From positions 735,987-799,986 of the forward strand of contig RHPI01000772.1 of the NCBI GenBank assembly GCA_009103225.1: 64,000 bases of DNA. The letters run 5' to 3'. Position 1 is the first letter of the stretch. Each line of letters starts with the position of its first letter. This document shows positions 28,051-40,099 of this stretch, piece after piece. The notes under the pieces were generated by a model, which worked only from the letters and a program-made list of their open reading frames with translations, had not been told where the DNA came from and searched no databases. The position numbers were made by a program, and so were the translations under genes. This stretch comes from Chlorokybus atmophyticus. Its lineage: Eukaryota > Plantae > Mesostigma and Chlorokybus algae.

Positions 28051-28846
28051 CCACTCACTATCTCGTCAACCATACACCGGTCTTACCAACCACCGAAGTC
28101 CTTGGATCTGGTCAGCAATTGACAGTCTACACGAGGGTGATGATGACGTCCGTGTCCTTATTGTAGATGCACTTGCTGAGCAAGGCACGATAAACGCCAG
28201 TGTCACACGCTTACACAACAACATTCTTAGCGAAGGCACCAATACAACACGCAAAGATGTATTGCACTAGTGGTATGGCACTTTCAACTTGGTATGGTAA
28301 CTTGCTGACCAAATAGCTACATCTGTTCACACTACTTATACAATGAATAAGTCAATAACACATGTCTTGAGCTAGCACAACCAATTGAAAATGCACTAGA
28401 CCATGGTTAAAGCTACTTGAACTTGCTCGCCTTTAGCTCCAGCTTCAATCCACGCCTCCAATGATGAGTAAATCGTCTCCATGACCAGCTCTTGACTGCC
28501 ACATGGATGCCCACTCCTTCCACCACTCTTTCTCCACTCACAACTCCCGAAATAGCCCCGATTACACCCACCAGATCTGGGGTTACGCTGATGTGCGGTT
28601 ACACTGACTGTAACTCGCCACATGCACTTCCCTTCACTCAATAACATCCTTATCTACCTTCCCATTACAAAACCCAACAAATCTTATTGCTTGGATATGC
28701 TTCTGCAAGCATGTTTAACTATCTTATGCCTACAACCAGCCCATAGGCTGTTATTCCCCTGCATGTGGTCATATCCTGAAACAACCTAGCTCAAGTCCTT
28801 CACTGGCATAACAACTACGCGTGCAGCGAGGTCAAATTACTGTTAA

Positions 28847-29947
28847 TTACATGCAAGCGCTCGCAAACATGCGACACCGAGCAGTTCTCGCATTGCAAGA
28901 GGTTAAGCGCGTTAGCAGCTTTGCCATATCATTGAGAACGCAAGCACGAAGACATAGCTGCTGGCAGGAGTTTTTGCAATAGCTTGGTGCACTGCATATA
29001 ACTCCGCAGCAGATGACCCCTAGCATCATCACCGCATACATAGCTGGGCACTGAATGGATGTGCACATTGCTAGTGCGCGCAAGCGGGGGCGTGATGGGC
29101 AACCGAGGATTGACCGGCTAGTATCGAGCAAGTTCTTAAGCAGCTGAGCAGTGCATTTGAGTTGTTGGGAATGCAAGGACCATAGCGAGATGTGCGCCAA
29201 AACAATCCATGCCAATTATATGCTGTTGCTCAATTCAAAACGGACTATGCCAAGCTGTCAGCTCAACAGGGTGTACATCAAATTGCAGCTACCCCGCTCA
29301 CCATGAAGGACATGCAAACGCTTGTGAAGTACTTCGCACAGCTATTGCCTGCCAAAAATCCAAGGCCCATGGTATTTCAAGTTGCCAGTTGTTAAAGAGA
29401 CTACAGTCTCTGCATGTACTTGTGGTGCATACGGCAAAGAGGTGGCGAGGGCGCACGCACGCATGCAAAAGATCTTCATATAGTACAAGGGGCGCTTGCA
29501 GCAGTACACATCTGAAAAACTATAGCGAGGGGAGTTCCAACCACCTCCATCAAAGACAGTCAACTCCCCTGCCAGTTTTCGGATGTACTACAACGGTATC
29601 TGAGAACCATGCAAGGAAGCCCTTTCGCCATCAGCAGCGGGCCATTGATCAGCCCTTTGGCACAGAGTCGAAAACAGTGAGTTAACAAGCCCATGAACTA
29701 TGAATGTTCTTATCACGCCTTTGTAAAGCATTGCAAGGCATGCAGCATTTACCGGCCGCACCTGGAGTGGCACTCTTTTGGACGAGGAGCAGCTCAGTAC
29801 GCTTTACTCCGCGGTGTCACCCTAGAAGAAAAATACAAGCACATTGGATTGTGGAATCGACATGAGAGCATGCAGCTGTACTTGCAGCAAAGAAGCTTAC
29901 TTGCCACCGCATCAGAACCACCTGGTAAGGACAAATGCCACGGTTAA
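28847..29947 (+). pseudogene. Tyrosine recombinase remnant (DIRS/Crypton-like)
   Basis: N-terminal SCWQEFL...TPSIITAYI and NNPCQLYAVAQFKTDYAK; C-terminal WHSFGRGAAQYA...GLWNRHESMQLYL, matching the HSxRxG...GxW...Y catalytic box. Stops and frameshifts. Confidence 0.6.
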
Positions 29948-30155
29948 TAGTGGAGGGCGGAACTCTGAGACCTTTTTTTGAACCATTGAGGCTTGTTGCG
30001 CACTAGCATGCGCTGCTTGATGGGCAAGGCCATGAAAGCTGGTCACCATACAGCAGAGCGCCATTCCACCACAATGATCCGTCCCTTTCTTGGACTTTTG
30101 TGTGTTTCAGACGAAAAACATAGGCTTGTGGACAAAGGTATATACAACAAGCGAT

Positions 30156-30375
30156 GTCAACATGCCTATGAGGGTATCTGATACCCTCATAGGCATGTTG
30201 ACGTTCGCACGGGGAGTCCCCGTGTGAAGAGCCCCCCACCCTCATTCCAACATTGCGCGAACAACCAAACATGGAGTGTTCATCTCATAGTGCACACACA
30301 GCACACTATGATACGCTTCTTGCGGCATTGCACGTCATGCCGCATGACGTGCAATTGCGCAAGAAGCGTATCATA
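30156..30375. repeat. Cluster of three palindromes with single-nucleotide centres
   Basis: 30156-30202 (23-bp perfect arms), 30208-30224 (8-bp perfect arms), 30307-30375 (34-bp arms, 2 mismatches). Confidence 0.9.
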
Positions 30376-31095
30376 CTGCGGCGATATGCTACTGCTCCCA
30401 CTCTCTTGGAGTTGTGCTTTTGTTGCGTAACATGATGCGAGATTATCTGATGGCCATGATGCTCAGCGGCGGTTGCTACGTAGGCTGCGCCGGAAGCTAC
30501 GGAGTACCCCAAGGATGGCATATGACACAGAGTGCAAGCATTTGTACAACATGTTAATGCACAGCTTGTGTGTTACTATCCAACCGGGTTGGAGAAGGCA
30601 ATGGGTTAGCTGGTGCAAGCAAGCGCGCAGCGTACAACAACGACAACATGTGAGTATGGGTGCATAAAGGGTAAGGAGATGTGGGGAGCACATTCAGTGC
30701 TCACATGCATGTCGTGTCCATACCGGCACACTGTGCAATGCTCTATGCTATGCCATGCTATCTATGCTGTGCTAAACATGCGAATGCTCTGCTGTGCTTG
30801 CTACAGCCAACCTAACAATGCGCGAACAAACAAGACAGCGGTTGTGAGTTGCTGCGCAGGCCTATAAGAATGCTGCCACCCTCACAAACTATCGGGGGCC
30901 TTAGTAGTCACAGTCGTCTTGGTTGCGGTGGCGCTGGCTGACTCTAACATCTCTAACATCTCCCTGCGCGGACACTCGTGGGCAGGCAGCCGCTCACGCG
31001 TGGGGCTCTCATCGCTTAGGCTACAAGTTTGTAGTGGAGGCGGTGTGCCCGTGGGGGCTGCCAGTGTCTTGCTTGCTTGCATGCAGACGGGAAGC

Positions 31096-32248
31096 ATGGC
31101 GGTGAGAGGCAATGCAGCCGTGATTGTGCTGGTGGTTGTTGTACTACTGTCGGCATGGCCTTCGCGACGACAACCCCTGTGCTGGGCAGCCTGGTGGCGA
31201 ATGCTTGGTGGACGTCAGCAAGGGGTTGCCAGGCAGACGTCCGGTAAAAAGCCCCGCCAAAGTCGGCATACTAGTGAGTGACATTATGTTGTTACCTTGA
31301 CGGTCACACGTTCGAAACTTACTGCGGCAGTAAGCCATCACAGTTACATGTGATGGCTTTGGATGCACGGGACTTGGCTGTCTCGTCATGCATGCGTGCG
31401 TGAGCGCGCCGACAATGCAAGCTCCAGCGCTAGCTGTGCATGACATGTGCTTGGCCTGGTGTGTCCTTGCCATGGTCTGCACCAGTTGTCACTCATGGGT
31501 GCGGTGTGCACGTGCAGAAAAATTCTACCAACGGGGTCAACGACCTAGTGTCGTGCTTCTCGCGGCATCTGTGCCCAACAGTCCACACGGACCAGTGCGG
31601 GAACAAGGATTGCGTGATGAAGGAATGCGCGATGAGCAGCAAGCTCACGGGCAATCGTATAGACTATAACGTTTATACTGTCACTTGCAAGTGCCCAGAA
31701 TCCTTCGATGATCCTCCTCCTGCCAACCCATGTGACTGTCCAGGTATAAGAATCTGTAGAACATGAGCCCCCCCCCCNNNNNNNNNNNNNNNNNNNNNNN
31801 NNNNNNNNNNNNNNNNNNNNNNNNNNNNNNNNNNNNNNNNNNNNNNNNNNNNNNNNNNNNNNNNNNNNNNNNNNNNNNNNNNNNNNNNNNNNNNNNNNNN
31901 NNNNNNNNNNNNNNNNNNNNNNNNNNNNNNNNNNNNNNNNNNNNNNNNNNNNNNNNNNNNNNNNNNNNNNNNNNNNNNNNNNNNNNNNNNNNNNNNNNNN
32001 NNNNNNNNNNNNNNNNNNNNNNNNNNNNNNNNNNNNNNNNNNNNNNNNNNNNNNNNNNNNNNNNNNNNNNNNNNNNNNNNNNNNNNNNNNNNNNNNNNNN
32101 NNNNNNNNNNNNNNNNNNNNNNNNNNNNNNNNNNNNNNNNNNNNNNNNNNNNNNNNNNNNNNNNNNNNNNNNNNNNNNNNNNNNNNNNNNNNNNNNNNNN
32201 NNNNNNNNNNNNNNNNNNNNNNNNNNNNNNNNNNNNNNNNNNNNNNNN

Positions 32249-32283
<35 letters not shown>

Positions 32284-33761
32284 CTTTGCTTACATGCGGC
32301 GCATGCGTGTTGGCAGGGGAAGTACGCGCTGGGGCTGTTGCGTCTGTATGTCTGTGTTGCTTTCTGTGTCACAAGGTCAGCAACATCAACTCACATGCCT
32401 GTTTGTGGACAGATTACGAAGCTGCGCATCCGTGCGACTGCGGCGCCCGCAGGAAGAACAAGAACTTGTTGGCGTCAGCTTCATGCGATCCTCACTTTGT
32501 TGGCTTTGACGGCAGAGGCTTCGACTTTCAGGTGTGAAACAACTCAGTACATAACACTGATAGGCACACACATGCGCACGCACGCACGCACATGCGCGTG
32601 TGTGCGCGCGCGCACACTTGTTGACATGGCATGTCAACGATGCATCGTCATGGTCATCACCACCTGCATCATATGTGTTGATACACGCAATACTGAACAG
32701 GGTGCAGGTGCGACTCCAACAAAGAGTGGCCGTACCTATGTCATGGTATATGATCCTGCTTCATCCTTCTGGCTGACTGCACACTTCTCCGAGCCGCCGC
32801 TCACGGGAAAGTTCCCACACAGCACGTACATCAGCGACATCGGCATCATGCTACCAAGCTTGGATGCTTCCAAAAACAACAGCACATTCCTTGTGGCTCA
32901 GCACCGTGGCAAGCTGCCCGGCGCCATCGCATCCTTCGGCCCCAACGGTGGGCTGTTTCATGAGAACGGGACACCCGTGCTCACATTGCCATCCTCCTTG
33001 CAGTCAAAGGATGAGAGTGATGATGATACACATATCAGTCTACCTGCTGGCAATGGTATCACAGCAAAACTTGTTGGCACGGTAAGGTTGCGAGGTTTGA
33101 AGTTTGTGGTCAGGTGAAGCTTCAAGTTGTGCACATGTTGTGCTTCGTTCGTGAGGGCTATAGACTGTGATGATTGCTGCAGGAGTTGACTTTGTCTGCA
33201 CCAAGCATGGACGTTGAGCTCATCATCACCTTCGACGAGTACTTCCTCGACTTTGCCTTCAAGTCCATCAGGTGCAGCTCCTGATCAGTCTATAATGATA
33301 AAGCACAGAGCTGTCACCAACTTGCACACACTTACCCTTCGTTCTGCATGTCACTGCCCAGCCTTTCCAAGTCAGCAACTGGAATTCTTGGTAAGTGGGG
33401 ACACACCCACGGATTCACACACCACCCTCGCGCTGATGCATATTGTGTTTCTCTACTATTGCTTCACTCACTCTGTGTTTCTCTTGCAGGGCGAACTGTG
33501 CCTCAAGCGTCTCAAGTTATGACCACAACTCGCAAGCAGTTTGAGCAGACTCTGCGCAAGATGGCAGATACATACGGTGAGGGAGTTACATCTTGCATGT
33601 GATTGTTTAGCTGGCGCATACAGTCAGGGATAAGTAACTCACTTGTTCCTGCAGAGGTTCAAGGACTGTTTGACATGGAAATGTTCAAGCACCGCACAAG
33701 CAACGTGAACACGCAGCGCCGCCTGCTAGCTACTGTGTCCCGGGTACAGAGTGCTGTTTAA
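31096..33761 (+). pseudogene. Paralogue of the root-cap/VWD-like gene; 11-nt deletion in exon 1
   Basis: Same exon layout and sequence as 4-2525. Exon 1 (31096-31273) is 178 nt and out of phase; TAC>TAA shortens the C-terminus. Homology extends into the 3' flank (2525-3130 vs 33761-34230). Confidence 0.75.
31778..32248. other. Assembly gap (N run) followed by (TG)n
   Basis: 471 N at the position equivalent to the (CT)n intron of the first copy. Confidence 0.99.
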
Positions 33762-35840
33762 AGCAATGTGCAGGACTAAGGTAGCCCTGGTTGGCTTTTA
33801 TAATGATGTCTATTAGTAGTATGCGCGTGCTGACTTGCAATAAAGCACAGATTCATGTGATATACTGCAGGAACTGGATGAATACTGATGTGATCCATTG
33901 ACAACTCTTGCTTCATCTTGTACCCCTTTCCTTGCAACACCATGCATCGCAGCTTGACACTGTTACTTCTGTACATGCAAACCCTTTACATACACAACAC
34001 TTTAATATGCACAACATACGGGGGCCTCACTGACCTGCACATGCCAAACCGCTAGACCGCAAAGACACTTGTGTCCAAGCGAACCTCTAGCCCCTTGTGC
34101 CTTCCATCACATTTATCCCAGTTCCATTTGTGCCCATATTCGTTTATCGACATAATACGTACGCAAATACAGTAGCAGGACAAACAAGCGAACACACCAC
34201 AAGCACAACCATAGCTAGGTGCACGAGTAGTGTAGGGCAGAGCTGCAGTGGCACGAGGAACCAAGTGAGAGTTAGCCGTGCAAGATCAACCAGCATGACA
34301 TGGAAACAATGTAGAAAGCAGTGCGTTAGGCCCCACAGCATTACCACCAACAAACAAGAACGGCAGCACCGAACCTGTGTGGAGCGCCATGGTTAGCAAT
34401 GTCTTAAACATCCATGGGTGACGTGCAATTGGGCAGTAGAGCGTTTTATGAACATAGCGTTTTAAGGTTTGAGCTCTCGCATACACGATTCGCAACACAG
34501 GGCATAATTAGTGAGTGAATAGGAGTGGGTCAATAGCATTCCATCGGCAGTCAACGCGGTCATTCAGTACGCATTGAAAACGTGGGCGGTATGTCAGTGG
34601 CAGTATGCACCTAGCATGTTCAATTTCCGCATATGAGGGTTATACAAAAATCAGTATGAGGGTGTTTGCACGCTTCTCTCAAGTTCTTGCCGCACAGATT
34701 TTGGTAATGATACATGATACACCAACATGCGGACCTACCATACCATGGTTCACCTTTAGTAACATACGCGCTTGCAATTGTTGCTGATTGTGACCTTCAG
34801 CACGAATGCGTTTGGTCAATGACCCTACAGCGGTTAAGAAGTCGGACTTGAATGTGCACAACCTCCGAAGCACATGCACTTAGCTCACACCACACCCTTT
34901 TTGTTTTGCTTATTTAAGTTTAATTGTGATGTGGTGCAGAGCCAATTCGAATGCCGGCAAACTTTAATTATAAATATAGATGCTTGAAATGGAGCATTGT
35001 GCATAATGTTGTGCAAGAAAGGCTCCGCATGATGGAACTCGGTGTGGGAGTGAGTTTCACCGTGCACAAGTGTGGGAGCAGGGCAGCAATGCGGGGTCCA
35101 ATTGCGAGGATGGTGGTGGTGCCACATGGTGGAGAGGAAGAGGAAATGGAGGGGATATCAAACTGGGTGATAACTTACACTGTTTAGGAGTAGTCACTCC
35201 AGCTCCTGTCAAGCGTATCGGTGGCGCAACGCATCCGATACGTTATAACCGAGTCGGTTATAAAGGTTTTGAGAGTCATAAGTGATGAGTTGAGGCCGAG
35301 TTATAGTTAGCACATCGAGATGTAACTTAAGTAAGCACGTAGAACTCACATGTGACTAAATTGTTGTAATTTATTTGTGGCGTCAACCATCTTGGTCAGC
35401 CTAGCGCTAAGGTGACCGATATGGTTAGCGCCACGTTAATCTACAATATGATTTGGGAGTTGTATGGTAGTTATGGCGGCTAAAGTGGTTAAAACGGTTG
35501 TGGAGACATGGTAGGGAGGGTATGTAAGTGTCCTTGACTCACAAGGCTTATATTGCACCTAGTTGAGCGCAAATCTCTTAATCCATTAACAATGTTTAGC
35601 TACTTTAAGAGGCTTCGAGGCTTCAAGCCAAGTTGGTTGGTCGTTGCCTTGGTTATTTGCTTGCCGTAAGTGTGCACATGCTTGAATATGCTTGTATAAA
35701 GTGTATGAGCGTGTGCTACACTTTGTAAACGGACTTGGACTCATCTCCCCAAGCATCACATGCCCATTGCAAGTGTAGAAGCCCATGCTTGAGTCTGGGT
35801 TGGCTAAGACACACGCTTGTTACTTGCGCTCAACTCATTG

Positions 35841-37908
35841 CACACGGATTGACGTCCAAGGACCATGAATGGTCCGTGACGCAGGACCGGGATTTTCCCC
35901 TGCTAAGTGAAATTGACGGACCATGTATGGTCCGGCTTTCATGGACAGTCGGACCATTCATGGTCCGAAATTCACGTGAATGGTACCATTGTCCCTTGGT
36001 ACGGACCACGTAAGGTCCGGCCGATTACTGTTGCATCAGGACCAGGTATGGTCCGGCCATCGGACCAGGGATTAAATCATTTTATTACAATACTTCAATC
36101 ATAACTGGTCCGGCCAGCGGACCATGGACCGAAAGTTATTATGGACCAATGTAAATATGAGTGCAAATGCAGTAAAAGTTGAGACATCTTTGCCGGCGGC
36201 ACCGGCCACACCCAACCTGCGGCGCACGAGGCCGCGGCCAGCTCCGCGGCGTTAGTGGAATGATTAGTCAAGAACACACGCATCGGCCGGATTCGAACCC
36301 AGCACCATGAGCATATCAAAGACGACGCCCTAACCATTAAGCTACAAGTGCACGTACCGGTAGGGTTGCATGGCAACCTATGTCATATATTGTTGCATGC
36401 GCCGCTTGGCGACTGTTGGCCGGCGGCAGTGATTGCCGATGGACAGTCGGAGATTGTCATTTTGATAGGCCCATAGGCTGAGCCCATGCAACTGTAGCAT
36501 TCATAGGCTGTACCAGTTACATGGACGGTGGTAAACTACATACCGGTAGCCGCGAACTCGGCGGTTGTCAATAGGCCAGTACAATTTGTAGACTTGTTAG
36601 GGGCTGTCATTGTGACAATGCTTAGCGATAGTAGCCAAATTGCGACTGTCAATGCAGCCAGTGTACCTTATCGGGCTGTCGATGATTCTGTGGTCGCATG
36701 AGGCTTTTATAGGCCATTAATGAGGTTATACAAGTAAGGCTGTAAGTCATGACATTGCTTTCGTTTCATATAGATCATTAAATTAAACATACTATAAACT
36801 ACGCTTAATAATGCAACATACGAACAGCATCAACATATGTATTCATGGTATGATATTAACGGTTGTGAACATTGTAATAATGTGATGACCAACACATTAT
36901 ATATAATATAATAAACACGCGCTACGCATGGATGTAAATTTAACATTAGTATTTAGGCTTTTATTGTGAATAGTTAGAATACTTATTATACATTACTTTA
37001 GACGTACGCAATTTTGCATATGTATATAAAAGGTCTAAATGCACATGTGTACGCGCATCAATATACTTACAACGATGTATGTACATAAAATTATAGGTAT
37101 GAAGTAATGCACGGCTGCAAATTGCGGCGCAATATGTCGACAATTTTTGCTCGTAAATGCCTTAACCCTACACCTACATGCACACACACACATATGTGTA
37201 TGTATACATATGTATATATGCGCATATATATATACATATATATATGTGTATATATACACATATATCTATATATATACACATATCCATATATACATATATA
37301 GGCCACAAGTGGACAGCCGCAACTGGTCGGCGGCTGTCAAGTTAAATGTACATGGACAGCCGGCTGTCAATATTCATTGACAGCCGCCGACCATTTGCGA
37401 CTGTCCACTTTATGGTAAGCGGCGACAGTCGGTGCGGCCTGTCACTTAAATGATGATACACACTATACATACATATATAGTACATGTATACATGTATGAT
37501 TGTACATATATGTACAACCATACATGTACTAACGATACTTTAGTCATGGTACACGTGTAGCGCGCCCTGCATGGGCCGCCAACCAGCAACATTGCTGGTC
37601 CATGCCGCCCCATACATGGTGCGGCACGGAAGTGTACGGTGCGCGGCTGCCGGGCCGCTGAGCCGCGGGCCCGCTCCTGGTCCGCATCCAGGAACCAGCG
37701 TAGAGTACTGGTCCGTGCCGCACCATACAAGGTGCGGCACGGACCATGTGTGGTGCGAAACTGCGCGCCAGGTATCGGGGCCCCGAAAGGACCATGGACG
37801 GTCCGTCCCCCGGGGACCAGGCACTCGTGGTCCTCGAGGCACGGACTATGTATGGCCCGCGGGGTCCGTAGAAGGACCATACATGGTCCCCGAACGTCAA
37901 TCCGTGTG
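35841..37908. mobile_element. Non-autonomous CMC/CACTA-like DNA transposon, 2068 bp, TSD TTG
   Basis: Perfect 15-bp TIR CACACGGATTGACGT, extending to ~35 bp with mismatches. TTG on both flanks. Subterminal GGACCATG/ATGGTCC arrays at both ends; no transposase. Confidence 0.92.
36280..36353 (-). pseudogene. tRNA-derived relic (A box TAGCTTAATGG, B box GGTTCGAATCC)
   Basis: Correct A/B box spacing and a CT-TTG-AT loop, but acceptor, anticodon and T stems pair poorly. Confidence 0.45.
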
Positions 37909-40099
37909 TTGGTATAAGGGTGTGCGGGTGTTTATGGAGGACGTGGAATGCACGTGGAAACAAGGGCAGGAGCTGGTCTGAAGGAGCTTGAAGTCCCCCT
38001 AGAGAAAAGAGGAAGAGAAATGCTCGAACAAGAGGTGCCTACTTTACCGAGCAAAAGGGATCTCTTGGACGAGCCATCCAGTGACAAGGAAGACGGTTCG
38101 AGTGTCGCAAGATCAGCTAGTCGGCACGTGATAGTCATGGAATGAGCACAAAGCATATAAGATGATGCCCGAGTTCTTGGAGGATGAAGCTCTGGGCACG
38201 TGGAGGGAGTTTAAAGAGGGAATTGAAGGCACGAGAAGAGAGGAGTAGAGCTTACCATGGAGTGAGTTTGAGAAGTGGGCGAAGGTGCAGCCCATGAAGG
38301 AGTTCATGGTGGTGTTGACATCAACAAATCTGCGATTAACACCTGCGAAGTTGATGGAGCTGATGTATATGTTAGTAATATTGCAGAGTCCACTCACCTC
38401 AAACCTTCGGCGGTTCTTGCTCGGCATGCTCCCAGCCAGTTTTTGGCTCTTGAAACGCTGTGCGGCATGCACACCTGCGCGCAAAAGAACACAACCGAGG
38501 CAACCCACGCACACCAGCACCTTCAGTGATGACTTAATGCTGTGGAGTGAGTTGCAAGTCAACGAGCTCTTAGACAAGGATGCTTGGGGACATGCACACA
38601 GCCATGCGCTTTCGTATGATTACTTCTCTTAGGCCACGTAGAATGAGAGTACGCACTGCAACAACCAAACCCGCAAAGCGCGATTGCAAGTTTATATGCA
38701 TGCAAGGTAAGCTTGCATGCAAGCAGTGAATGACATACAAGAGCACCATAAAGGTGTAGAGGTGGTGCACGTCGCGGGCAGCGGACGCAATAATCGCAAT
38801 TCTGTGAGCAGCACAAGCACACGCGTGCAAGATTGAGCACCAATGTGCGGAAGGAGCGGCATAATAAAATGGGTGTACAACATAAGACCGTTGTGTACGC
38901 AAACCGTTTGCGTAACATATTCTAACCAATCAACACAAGGCTGGATCTGCATGCTAGATCTCACTTGCCGAGTGACCTTTAGCATGCACACGACAGCGGC
39001 TGTCGCATGCAAGCACTAGCTTAAGGTTTGGGTTGTTCTGTTGGTGAATTGGCGGTCGAGGGTGTGCCGCCACCCCCTCCGCGCTAGTCCACTTACTTGC
39101 AAGTCATTGCCGACTACGGCTTTGGGGTTTGCTTAAGGAAGCTGTCAGCGAAGGCCGCCACCATTAGCATTTCTCCCATTTATAATCAATGCCAACACAC
39201 CGATTGACGTCAAAGGACCATGAATGGTCCGTACCTCTGGACCAGGATTTTCCCCTGCTAAGTGAATTTGGTGGACCATATATGGTCGGACTGTCAATGA
39301 CAGTCGGACCGTGCATGGTCCAAACCTCACGGTCCCATGTTTTTCTGGGGTCGCACCATGTATGGTGACCTGTTTGTATGAGTTTGCAAGGACCATGTAT
39401 GGTGCAATGCCCCCTGGCGCAGAAGACCAGGCATGGTTTGTTACTTCCACATGTCTGGTGATCGACAGTCGCACCATGCACGGTCCATGGATACGGACCG
39501 GAAGTCTTTGGTTAAACTGACATATTTCAGACCATGCATGGTGCGCTGCCCTCCTGGCTCAATGGACCATTTATGGTGCCAGTCTGATCGACAGTTGCAC
39601 CATGCACGGTCCATGGATACGAACATTGTTGTGCATATATGGTCCACAAGCGGTACCATGCATGGTCCTAACTATATATAAAAACTAACAACAAAATCGT
39701 CACACCAAGCTATGCACTGTCATCCCTGCCTATCATCGCACAAGTATACTCACACGCATGTCAGCGGCATGCAAGCACGCCTACACAACTACACTCCTAA
39801 CAGACAACGCACCATACATGGTCTGATTGACAGTCGCACCATGCATGGTCTATCATGATGTCACAGCCATTGAAGCCATGCATGGTCCACAAGCGGCACC
39901 ATGTCTGGTTCTAACAGACAACGCACCACATGGTCTGATTGACAGTCGCACCATGAATGGTTTGTCATGATGTCATAGCCATTGAATCCATGCATGGTCT
40001 TAGCACTGGTGCCTGCACCGTGCCCGGTGCATACAATCCGACACGCATGCAATTCACAGAAATGCTGTAATGGACTGTCAAACGACAGCCCATCAGTGT

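Noticed and set aside
26499-29947. gag-protease plus YR as a single DIRS-like element
   Set aside because: They are on opposite strands, no RT/RNase H lies between them, and the gag-PR is homologous to the integrase-bearing Ty3 element
36280-36353. Functional tRNA-Gln gene
   Set aside because: Acceptor, anticodon and T stems contain multiple mismatches
39440-39990. Regularly recurring CCATGCATGG/GACAGTCGCACC units as a CRISPR-like array
   Set aside because: Units are irregular and degenerate, lack unique equal-length spacers, and lie next to a TIR, as expected for subterminal repeats; eukaryotic context with no cas genes
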